Below are positions 38,882-49,247 of a DNA stretch of 64,000 nt, one piece after another. Source of the stretch: Neocallimastix sp. 'constans' (Eukaryota); NCBI GenBank assembly GCA_050613775.1, contig JBODTK010000013.1:1116001-1180000 (forward strand). The letters run 5' to 3'. The position numbers and the translations under genes are program-made. The notes beneath the pieces are model-generated. The model was not told the origin of the DNA, did not search any database, and was given only the letters and a program-made list of their open reading frames with translations. Numbering within the stretch: position 1 is the stretch's first letter; each line of letters starts with the position of its first letter.

Positions 38882-39553
38882 TGACAAATGTTGATTATTA
38901 TCTTAATTTAGAATTTACTTCTAAAAGTGATAATAATTTGTCAATTAAAAGGGTAGTTATTAACACAAAAATGTTAATTAAAACACTACAGTTTAAAATA
39001 AGAAAAGAATATTTGTTTTTTTTTTATAATAAAACTTTATTTATCAATATAAAATTGTACTTTTTATTATTTTGAATATTTATATTCTTAATAAAAAGTA
39101 TTTAAAATAAATGAGAATAAAAGAAAATAATTTATTAAAACTTAAATTTTAAATTTTTAATTCTTGAATTCTGATTTTTTTTATTTTTAAAGAAATATTT
39201 ACATGTTTTTATATTTTTCTTTTAAGTTTAAATTATTTAAAATAAAACTATATAATTATTTTAAGTAAACACTTTTAAGATAAAATAAACAATTTTGTTA
39301 TTATTAATAAGTTTCTTTTTAATTAATATTAATATCAATTTAAACTGAGATTTAATTTAAAATCGTTAAAGTAAAATAAAAGAATAATTTAATATAAAAT
39401 ACATTGTTCTTTAAATTAAAATAATATTTATTTAATAATTTTAAATCTTTTAATTTATTTTTATTAAAATATTATTTTATAATTATCTTTAATTAAGAGG
39501 GTTATTATTCCATTTTATTGATTTTTCTTAATTTATAATTTGGTTATTTATCA
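38882..39553. mobile_element. Solo LTR I (672 bp), queue member
   Basis: TGACAA..TTATCA flanked by CCAG (38878-81) and CCAG (39554-57). Confidence 0.75.
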
Positions 39554-40798
39554 CCAGTGATACGTTATTTTATTAATCTTTATTATTAATATTTTAGTAT
39601 CAATATTTTTGTGAGTTTGCAAGATAGTACAAAATTAAATAGTATATTCTAATATAGAAATATATAATTACTACACACTTTATTTTAAAACAGAATTTTA
39701 AGAATTATTTTTGTCGTTTTATTTTATTTTATTTAATTTATTATGTCGTAATACAATTTTATAATAAAGTATTATAAAAAAATCTTATTAACTATTTATT
39801 TCTAACTTATTACTACATTATATTTTATAAATAAATATATTCCCCGAATATATTTATCTTAACTAATGTATATCTATTTTCTCCAAAAAAAAAACCCCTT
39901 TAAAAAATTTATAATAATTTTTCTTTTTATACTTTTAATTTACTATAATTTAAATCCTATTGGCTGTTAATTAATTAAATAAATTTGAATAATTTTATAT
40001 TATTATTTATTATTGTGATATAATTAATTATTATATTTTATTACAATTTTATTGACAATTTTCATTTTTATTTAAATACTGTAGCAAAACGCCCCCACTT
40101 AGTATAGACTTCGTCCCTTGAAGTCCTCAAGTTTATATTATATATATAAATTTTTTTTTTTTTTTTTTTTTTTAGGTTAGTATACTAATATTATTATATA
40201 ATATTATTTTTTATTTATTCATTTCCTATATATATTTTTATTTATTTTTAATTTTGAAATTTCAAATTAGCAATTTGAGATTTTGAAATTGGAATAATTA
40301 TTTATTATTTACTAATCTATTTAAATATAATTATATTGTATATTTCTATCTATATATTAAAATATGTATACTGTAATGTTACATTTTTTTATTTTTATTA
40401 CTATTATTATTTATATTTTAACTCCATTGTAAATAAATCTAAAAAAAAATAAATTATAATTTATGATTAATATTGTAAATCTATTCTTCGGGTTCGTTAT
40501 TTGTAATTGTGTCCAGTATTCATTAAGTGTTTATCTTCCTTTTTTATTATTATAAATTATTATTGTATCTATCTATTATATTTATCTTTATGTATATTAT
40601 AATATTATTTTATACCTAATTATGTTAATTATAATTATATTTTTTTTAAACATTCATATTTCACTGATATATTTATTTATTATTATATTTATGTATTATT
40701 ATTTTATTATTATATTTATATAATATTATTGTATATTATTCTATTCATATATCTGTATTCTATATACTATTCTTATATTTTATTTTTATTTTTATTAT

Positions 40799-40840
<42 letters not shown>

Positions 40841-41014
40841 CTGTCTCTTATAACTATATTAATATTTTAGTTTATCATATATATGGATATATTATTAATA
40901 ATTGAACAATTTGAATTATTTTATTATTTTTTTTTTTTTTTTTTTATATATATATAATTATATTATATATATTATTATAATGTTTATTTATAACTATCGT
41001 TATAACTATCTGAT

Positions 41015-44000
41015 TTATTCTTCTTCTTCCAAATTTATTTCAGTGAAGTAAGGAATAACGTTTTTCAGATGAATATTACGATTGGCTATTTCTCCTGTAA
41101 TTGGATCGCATACTGTGACTGTATTCAATTCTTGTTTAACAATTTTTAACGGTCCAGTAAAAAAAGGATCCAACTTCCGTCTATTAAATACTTTTACTAA
41201 AACTAAATCTCCAGGTTTGTAGCAAGCCCGCAATCTTTTAATTTGTTTTCTACGATCTTCCCATAATTTGTTAGCTGTTTCTATATTGTTAATGGCTTCT
41301 TTGATCCATTTATCGTGAGTAATAAATTTTCTTAACCAATATTCTTCTTCACTTTCCATTTCATTTCTTCTTTCTATATTTAAAGTTAATTCAAAGGGTT
41401 GTAAGTCTCTTCTTCCATATAATAATTCAAAGCTACTATATTTTGTAACCTCATTCTTACAGGTTCTTAAAGCCCATAAAGCGCTGTATAGAGTTTCATC
41501 CAAAGTATCGGTAGATTTTCCAAGTAATCGTAGGTATTTACTTATCTCTTTATTTCGATTCTCTACTTCTCCATTTGATGCTGGATGGTAAGTTGTTATA
41601 TAATGTACATATATATCATGAAGGTCAAGAAAAGCTTTGGTTTTATCCGCGATGAATTGTGGACCATTATTTGTAATAAGTATTTCTGGTATTCCATGAC
41701 GAGAAAATACCGATTTTAAAAATTTTATAACATCTTCTGCTTCAACCGTTTTCAATGGTTCCGCTTCTACCCACTTTGTTAGATAATCTACTAATACGAT
41801 TATATATTTATTATTATTTCTTGTAGGTGGCAGTGGTCCAATGATATCTAACCCAACTCTAGAGAATGGATAACCAGGAGGTGTAGCGATACTTTCCACA
41901 TTTTTGTTAAGCGATTGAGGTCTGTATATTTGACAGCGATGACAGCTTTTAATAAAATTGTGCACATCATTCTTCATTGATTTCCAGTAATAATCACGTT
42001 TTAACCTATTGTATGTTCTATAAATACCTTCATGGCCAATTTGATGTGCATCTTTGATTAATTCAAACTGTTTTGTTTTATTCTTAATTATTTTCCTTAT
42101 ATTTTCTCCTTGCTTATAGTATTCAATACCATCAATATTTATAATTCTTTTATTTATAAATTCATTCATAAATTTATTTATACTGTCGTTATTATTATTG
42201 GAAGAAACGTTATTATTTACTAATGCATTTAATATTTCTTTATTTTCATTTATTTCTTTTGTAGGTAATCTGGATAAAGCATCGGCAATAACGTTCCTCT
42301 TCCCCTCTTGAAATTGAACTTTAACATTTAATATTGATAGTTCTGTAACCCATTTAAGGTGGCGATTATTTGACGGTTCTCTATTAGCAAATATACTAAC
42401 CAGGGGTTTATGGTCTGTATAAACAATAGTAGGAAAGGAGCTTCCACTAAAATAGGGTTTAAATTTTTTAACACAATGAAATATTGCTTTGCCTTCTAAA
42501 TCAGTAACACTATAGTTAGATTCTGAAGAAGAAAGAGTTCTACTCTCGAAATAAATAGGAACTTCTATAGAATTTTCTTTAACCTGCAATAATACTCCAC
42601 CCAAGCCATCTCTAGAAGCGTCAGTTCGAATAATAAAAGGTTTAGAATAATCAGGTGGAACAAGAATGGGAGCCATTGTTAATGTTTTCTTTAATTTTTC
42701 GAAAGCATAATTACAATCATTAGACCAAACATAACGAACATCTTTCTTTAATAAATTAAAAAGTGGTTTTGCAATTTGTGCGAAATTTTTCACAAACTTC
42801 CGGTAGTACCCAATAGCTCCAAGGAAGGATTTTAATTGAGTAATATTTTTCGGAGGGAGCCAATTCACAATAACTTTTACCTTATCTGGAATGGGTGAAA
42901 TACCTTGTGTCGATAAAGTGTGTCCGAGTAGCGTTTCCTTTGTTTTAAAAAATGAGCATTTCTCTAAATTTATCTTTAAACCATTATCAGCTAAAATTTG
43001 AAATACCATCGTGAGATGTTTAATGTGTGATTCAATAGAGTCTGAAAATATAACTAAATCATCAATGTAAACGAACAAACATACACCAATCAAATCAAAA
43101 AAAATCCGGTTCATTTCACGTTGAAAAGTAGCCGGTGCGTTACATAAACCGAACGGCATTACACAGAATTTGTAGTTTCCAAACATGGTAGTGAATGTTG
43201 TTTTATCTTTATCATCAGGATTCATTGGAACCTGATGATAACCAGAAAAAAGATCAATAGTAGAGAGTATTTTTGCGTTCTTTCCAATAAACATTAATAT
43301 GTCATCAATTAAGGGTAAAGCATATGAATCCTTAATAGTTATATTGTTTAAAGCTCTAAAGTCGACACACATTCTCCAGTCGCCGTTTTTCTTCGGAACT
43401 AGTACTACTGGAAATGCCCATGAAGAATAGGATGGTTCTATTAATTTGTTTTCTATTAGCTTAATCAAGATTTTCTTAAGAGCCTTTGTTTGTGCTTTAG
43501 ATAACCGGTAAGCTTTTAATTTTATCGGTGTAGACTGAGGAATTAAATCAATTTTATGAGGTAACAATTTTGATTTTCCTAAGTCATCTGTTTTGATTGC
43601 TATTACATTTTTAAATTTTGAAAATATTTTACTAATTTCATTTTTAAAATTATCAGGAACAGAAGATATTATTTCATTAATTAAATGTTCTTTCGTGTTA
43701 GGTAATTCATTAGTATTCGTAATTTCTTTATCATTGGTAACTGTAATTGTTAATAAGAAAGGTTCAGATTTGGTAGTTTGATGTTTTTCTATTTCTTCAT
43801 CATCCTTGTAAGTATTATTAAGATTAATGTCATAAAATAGATCTGCTAGTTTAATGTAATTATTATTTTCATCAATATAATATAAAGTATCATCTACTAA
43901 GTTAATATCAAATCTATTATTCTTTAGAGAATCAACACCAATCAAGATATCAAAAATATCATCTTTTTCGATTACCCTAAAATATTCATTAAAAGTTCTG

Positions 44001-45445
44001 CTACCAATAGAGACTTGTAAATCATAGATATCACTATCTATTGAGGAATTTGAGTACGCTTGAAATATTGTTTCAGAGATTCTACCAATAGAAGATTTGT
44101 TGATTTTTAATTTATTCAAAGCGGAACGTGTAATAACATTGACACTGGCGCAAGTATCTAAAAATATTTCACAATCATTATTCTCTACTTTTCCATTAAC
44201 TTTAATTATTTTATGTTTTGTAATAACTGTCATTACATTTGTTATTGTTTGTTTAGGTGTTAATTTTAAAGCTTTTAAGAATTCTGTTCGAAATTTTGGG
44301 AAGAGATCTAAAAGGTAGCCCAATTTTGTTATTACATCAGTTGATGCAATTTCTTTTATCAAATCTTGAATATAATAATCACCAAATTTCTCCATAAGTT
44401 TGATGTGTTTTTCAGGTTGTTTCATTGGAGTTTCACTTGTCTTGGTATTGGTATTCATTTCTTTCATTTTATTTTTTATATCTTTAATTCTCTCCTCTTT
44501 ATTTTTGTTTTTAACTTTTCTAATATTTTTTTCTGTGATAAAAGAAGGATCAAGATACTCTAGTTTTTGGGTATTACAATTTTTTTTATTAGGAGTTTCA
44601 TTCTTATTTGTATTATTTGCTCTAATGGAATTCTCTTCATTATCAGGTAAGGACTTATTATGATTTTTAATATTATTACTTTCATCAACATCAACATTGT
44701 TTTCATCATTTTCATATTCTTCTATCATGATTACATCTTCATTAGATTCTATACTTCCTGGTTCAACTGTTTGACTAGTGTTTATATTATTAGTAATATA
44801 ATCATCATTATTTATGTCAATATTTTCTTTAAAGGTATTATAAATATTATTTTCTTCATTATTATTGTCGTTATTATTGTCATTATTATTATCAATATTA
44901 TAATTAATTTTATTATTATTATTATTCATATTTTTATTTTCATGATCATTATTCCTATTATTATTATTATTATGATTATTAATATTGTTATAATTATTAT
45001 TAACATTTGTATTACTATAATTGGTATTATTTTTATTTTTAATATTATAATTATTAATACTATTATTATTCTTATTAATATTATTATGACTCATAGCTGC
45101 CGTTTGTATTGGTTTTGGATTGTCTTTTAAATTAAATCTCACTTCCTTTCTATTATATGGCTTTTCATTATATTTGCTAATATTATTTCTTGAATTTCGA
45201 GTAGCTGCTGCTACAATTTCAATTGGTCTATTTAATATATTTTGTGTAGTATTACTATTATTGTTTATATTAAGGTAATTACAATTTTGTTTTTCATTAA
45301 CACTATTATTAATTATAGGTAGTATTGTTTGATCATCTACCATTGTCATTATATTATTTTTATTGTTACATGAGTCATTATTTTTGAACATTATTTTTTT
45401 GGTTTGGTTAATGGAAGTTATCCTTCTCCCATTTATTGGTTTAAA
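41015..45445 (-). CDS. pol: Pol of C (PR-RT-RH-IN, no chromodomain), reached by -1 frameshift
   Basis: FLDTCAS, YIDD, RTDAS, GHEG, GLDII; the frame is open from TTTAAAC at 45445. The second IN catalytic Asp reads N (ITNNG). Confidence 0.93.
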   Translation of the reverse strand, partial: FKPINGRRITSINQTKKIMFKNNDSCNNKNNIMTMVDDQTILPIINNSVNEKQNCNYLNINNNSNTTQNILNRPIEIVAAATRNSRNNISKYNEKPYNRKEVRFNLKDNPKPIQTAAMSHNNINKNNNSINNYNIKNKNNTNYSNTNVNNNYNNINNHNNNNNRNNDHENKNMNNNNNKINYNIDNNNDNNNDNNNEENNIYNTFKENIDINNDDYITNNINTSQTVEPGSIESNEDVIMIEEYENDENNVDVDESNNIKNHNKSLPDNEENSIRANNTNKNETPNKKNCNTQKLEYLDPSFITEKNIRKVKNKNKEERIKDIKNKMKEMNTNTKTSETPMKQPEKHIKLMEKFGDYYIQDLIKEIASTDVITKLGYLLDLFPKFRTEFLKALKLTPKQTITNVMTVITKHKIIKVNGKVENNDCEIFLDTCASVNVITRSALNKLKINKSSIGRISETIFQAYSNSSIDSDIYDLQVSIGSRTFNEYFRVIEKDDIFDILIGVDSLKNNRFDINLVDDTLYYIDENNNYIKLADLFYDINLNNTYKDDEEIEKHQTTKSEPFLLTITVTNDKEITNTNELPNTKEHLINEIISSVPDNFKNEISKIFSKFKNVIAIKTDDLGKSKLLPHKIDLIPQSTPIKLKAYRLSKAQTKALKKILIKLIENKLIEPSYSSWAFPVVLVPKKNGDWRMCVDFRALNNITIKDSYALPLIDDILMFIGKNAKILSTIDLFSGYHQVPMNPDDKDKTTFTTMFGNYKFCVMPFGLCNAPATFQREMNRIFFDLIGVCLFVYIDDLVIFSDSIESHIKHLTMVFQILADNGLKINLEKCSFFKTKETLLGHTLSTQGISPIPDKVKVIVNWLPPKNITQLKSFLGAIGYYRKFVKNFAQIAKPLFNLLKKDVRYVWSNDCNYAFEKLKKTLTMAPILVPPDYSKPFIIRTDASRDGLGGVLLQVKENSIEVPIYFESRTLSSSESNYSVTDLEGKAIFHCVKKFKPYFSGSSFPTIVYTDHKPLVSIFANREPSNNRHLKWVTELSILNVKVQFQEGKRNVIADALSRLPTKEINENKEILNALVNNNVSSNNNNDSINKFMNEFINKRIINIDGIEYYKQGENIRKIIKNKTKQFELIKDAHQIGHEGIYRTYNRLKRDYYWKSMKNDVHNFIKSCHRCQIYRPQSLNKNVESIATPPGYPFSRVGLDIIGPLPPTRNNNKYIIVLVDYLTKWVEAEPLKTVEAEDVIKFLKSVFSRHGIPEILITNNGPQFIADKTKAFLDLHDIYVHYITTYHPASNGEVENRNKEISKYLRLLGKSTDTLDETLYSALWALRTCKNEVTKYSSFELLYGRRDLQPFELTLNIERRNEMESEEEYWLRKFITHDKWIKEAINNIETANKLWEDRRKQIKRLRACYKPGDLVLVKVFNRRKLDPFFTGPLKIVKQELNTVTVCDPITGEIANRNIHLKNVIPYFTEINLEEEE

Positions 45446-46758
45446 GGTTTATTAATCAAACCCTGTTCTTCCATTTCAGCCAATTGTTTAAATGTGTACG
45501 GACATTCTGAAGCTCTATGTCCCTCCATTGTACAACGATAACAATTCACATGATAATTGTTGTCATCATTAAATTTATTATTATTTTTGGTTACTAAGGT
45601 ATTAATGACATTGTTGTTTTCTGTTCTACTATGATATTTTTTCCTATTTTGGTAGCTAAAAGATTGAGTCATATTATTAGTGTTAATTGTGTTACCATTA
45701 GTCATTTGATTGTTATATTCTTTATTATTATTAGTCATCATATTATTATTTATATTTTTTAAATCAATATTATTTTGGTTATCTTCTCCTTCATTGAGTA
45801 ATTGATTATTACTCATTTTGTTCGTATTATTCATCATATTAAAATTCATATAATGATTGTTGATTTTGTTATTGTTCGAAAACCTATCATAATTGATTTT
45901 ATTATTATATCCATTTATTGAATTCCTTCTTGGCATTCTATTAACGTAATTATTACTGTTATTTGAATAATAATTCATATGATTTCTTAAATTTACCGCA
46001 TGATTCGAATAATTTGGATTCCTAGAGTTATTATTGTTCCATGAGCTAGCTCTAAAATTCCAATTGTTTTCTCCAATAAAGGTATTATTTCCATCTTGAT
46101 TCATTGGTAGTTGTCTTGAGTGAAGATTTTCGTAAAAAGAGTGATTCAATAATACATTATTATTAGTATGGTTTTGAGTAAACATGATGTTTGTTCCCAT
46201 ATTATTATTAATTTTGCTCCTTTGATTTGCATTGGATATTTCTTTTTCAGCTTCTTCAGCTACTTCAGCTATTTTAAATGCTTCATTTATTGTTTCACAT
46301 TCCGCTATCATAACTCTTGAACAGGGAAATACTCGAGAACTAATAGCATTTGTATAATCTTTGACCGAAATAAGTCTTCTATATTCCAAACTGAGTTTAT
46401 TATATAATTTTTTATATTTGTAATTAAACTTTTTTAACGACTCGTCTTCATTAATTTTTAAAGATTTAAGAACAGAACATTTATCATTCTCAGTTATATG
46501 TAAATGTTCTTCTATTGTATCTTGAATCTCCTTTAATGTAGGATATCTGATTGAGTCACCTCTTCCTTTTACTAATGAATTTAATGCGCCTTGAATATCT
46601 TCTTCCACGGCCTCTTTAGCCCATGTAAAAATGCGTCGAGGTTCCATTATATCATAAAGTTCCATCGTTTTGGAAAAATCTGTTATCCAACTTTCCACAT
46701 CTTTACCATAATTGATTAACAATGGTAAGATTCTTTGCAATTTAGCTGCATCAAACAT
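45433..46758 (-). CDS. gag: Gag of C
   Basis: 441 aa with an Asn-rich spacer and CYRCTMEGHRASEC knuckle. Confidence 0.9.
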   Translation of the reverse strand: MFDAAKLQRILPLLINYGKDVESWITDFSKTMELYDIMEPRRIFTWAKEAVEEDIQGALNSLVKGRGDSIRYPTLKEIQDTIEEHLHITENDKCSVLKSLKINEDESLKKFNYKYKKLYNKLSLEYRRLISVKDYTNAISSRVFPCSRVMIAECETINEAFKIAEVAEEAEKEISNANQRSKINNNMGTNIMFTQNHTNNNVLLNHSFYENLHSRQLPMNQDGNNTFIGENNWNFRASSWNNNNSRNPNYSNHAVNLRNHMNYYSNNSNNYVNRMPRRNSINGYNNKINYDRFSNNNKINNHYMNFNMMNNTNKMSNNQLLNEGEDNQNNIDLKNINNNMMTNNNKEYNNQMTNGNTINTNNMTQSFSYQNRKKYHSRTENNNVINTLVTKNNNKFNDDNNYHVNCYRCTMEGHRASECPYTFKQLAEMEEQGLINKPLNQ

Positions 46759-46892
46759 TTTAAGATTTTTGTAATTTTTAATGGTAATGATTATATAAAA
46801 AAAATTATAAAATTATGGTTTATTATTAAATAATTTATTTGTAATTATTATTTCCTTATTATTTTCATACTTCTTTATTAAATCTTGCTTTC

Positions 46893-46910
46893 CCCCCACG
46901 TTGGGCGCCA
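46893..46910 (-). promoter_or_regulatory. PBS of C, tRNA-Lys(CUU) type
   Basis: Minus strand reads TGGCGCCCAACGTGGGG, the well-known Lys1,2 PBS. Confidence 0.9.
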
Positions 46911-48135
46911 AAATTTTGATACGTTATTTTATTAATCTTTATTATTAATATTTTAGTATCAATATTTTTGTGAGTTTGCAAGATAGTACAAAATTAAATA
47001 GTATATTCTAATATAGAAATATATAATTACTACACACTTTATTTTAAAATAGAATTTTAAGAATTATTTTTGTCGTTTTATTTTATTTTATTTAATTTAT
47101 TATGTCGTAATACAATTTTATAATAAAGTATTATAAAAAAATCTTATTAACTATTTATTTCTAACTTATTACTATATTATATTTTATAAATAAATATATT
47201 CCCCGAATATATTTATCTTAACTAATGTATATCTATTTTCTCCAAAAAAAAAACCCCTTTAAAAAATTTATAATAATTTTTCTTTTTATACTTTTAATTT
47301 ACTATAATTTAAATCCTATTGGCTGTTAATTAATTAAATAAATTTGAATAATTTTATATTATTATTTATTATTGTGATATAATTAATTATTATATTTTAT
47401 GTTGAAATTATAACTGAATTGAAATCTCAATTTCAGTTATTTACATTTCAATAGTTAACAAATATTATTTATTTAATTATAAATAATATATATATTTAAA
47501 TAATTAATAATTAATATAAATTCTTATTTAATATTTAAGGAATTATCTTAGGCCTAATAATTCTGAGAATATTAGTAAATAAGATTTATATTAATAATTT
47601 CAATTATCTACATATGACGTCACATGTATTTATTTATATTATGTTTATATATATGTTTACATCATATATATTAACTACTATTTTTAATTATTCAAATTAA
47701 TTATATAATTATAAATTAAATTTATTTAGTTATATTAAATATTTTAAACATATCGATATTGTTATTATCTTAATATTTTATTAATATTCATATTACTATA
47801 TTATTAATATCTTATAATTAAATATTATTATTATGTAACTTACAAAGTATAAAAGAAAGATGTAAAAATCTATCTTTTATGTTCTTTGTAAGGTTATTGT
47901 ACTTACAATAATTATATACTAATAATTCAATAAATAAATATTTTCATAAATCCTTCAAAGAAATTATTATTTAAAATATTCTTAGATATTAAGTGTTTAA
48001 ATAACTTAACTATTTATCTTATATTATTTTTATATTATTATTAATTAATTATTGTTGGATTATTAATATATAATTCAACATATTAACCTAGTAACGTTAT
48101 TAATCATAAAACTATTTTATATCTTAATTTTAACA

Positions 48136-48145
48136 ATAACCTTAC
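48136..48145 (+). promoter_or_regulatory. Self-priming PBS of D
   Basis: ATAACCTTAC is complementary to GTAAGGTTAT at 47888-47897 (13 bp including the LTR end), downstream of TATAAAA at 47848. Confidence 0.85.
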
Positions 48146-48169
48146 CCTAGTTTTGGTTACTACTTTAAT

Positions 48170-49247
48170 ATGTCTTTTTACAATAATGTATGGGCTGACA
48201 TTGCTCCAATGTCAGAAGTTAATAAATTAAGGTCTGACGCCCAAGTTACTGTATCCGAATTGGCTTCTTCTGTTAATGATAGTTTTTTATTAAAAGAAGA
48301 TTTTAATGAATATAACAAGGACTTACAAAAAAAAACTTTATACACTTTACAAAGATAATAAAAATATTATTAATCAATTATCTAATTTAACAAAAATTTT
48401 AGATGAAAAGTTAAATATAAATATTGCTACAAATGATATTCCTTCTACTAGTCAAACACAAGAGGATAATGTATCTACCACTACTAGACGTGATGATGAC
48501 AATGATGTTATTATGAGGAATGCTTTTTCAAACCGTTTACAACAAGTTCCTGAACCTGGATTTTTCTCTGGAGATACTAAAGAAACTGATCTATTCTGTC
48601 AACTTTGTGAAGATACTTTTAAAACATATCCAAATTCAGAAGCTACAGAAGATATCAAAATTAACTTTATTAAATCCCGTTTGAGGGATGGCGCTCGTAA
48701 TTGGTATCTAGCTACGTACAAGGATACTAACCCAAAAACTCTTTCTGAATTGACTACTGAATTAAGAAAAGCATTTTCCAACGTTGCAAGCAAAAAATTA
48801 GCTAAGATTCAATTAATAAAATTGAAACATAATTATGGGAAAATAAATGATTATATTGAACAATTTAGAACTCTTTCGAATGGTCTTGGATTCAGTGAAG
48901 AAGCCTTAGTTTTAATTTTTTATAATGGGTTACATTCAAAATTCCAAGAAGTAATTGAAGAAATGGAAGAATTCCCTGTTGATCTTGGTACTATTTATAC
49001 TAAATGTATTTTACTTGAAAATACATTAAAAACAAAAAATCAAATAAAAACAAATAATGGTAATTCAAAACTTTTTAGAAGCAGTAATAATAAACATTCA
49101 AAACACGTTAGTACTCATATTAATCATGATAAAAATTATAATTCTAATAACAATTATAATAACAAAAGTAATTATAATAATAATTACAATAATAACAATT
49201 ATAATAGTAATAAAACTAGTAGCAATAATAATAAAACAAAAAACTAA
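48170..49247 (+). pseudogene. gag: gag of D, frameshifted in a poly-A run at ~48330
   Basis: Two overlapping ORFs; PEPGFFSG..RLRDGARNWY retrotransposon gag motifs; ends in AAAAAAC TAA. Confidence 0.8.

Noticed and set aside
40140..41014. Possible env gene in C
   Set aside because: No ORF; homopolymer-rich non-coding DNA.
44366..45130. Plus-strand Ile/Phe-rich ORFs
   Set aside because: Antisense shadows of Asn/Lys-rich pol sequence.
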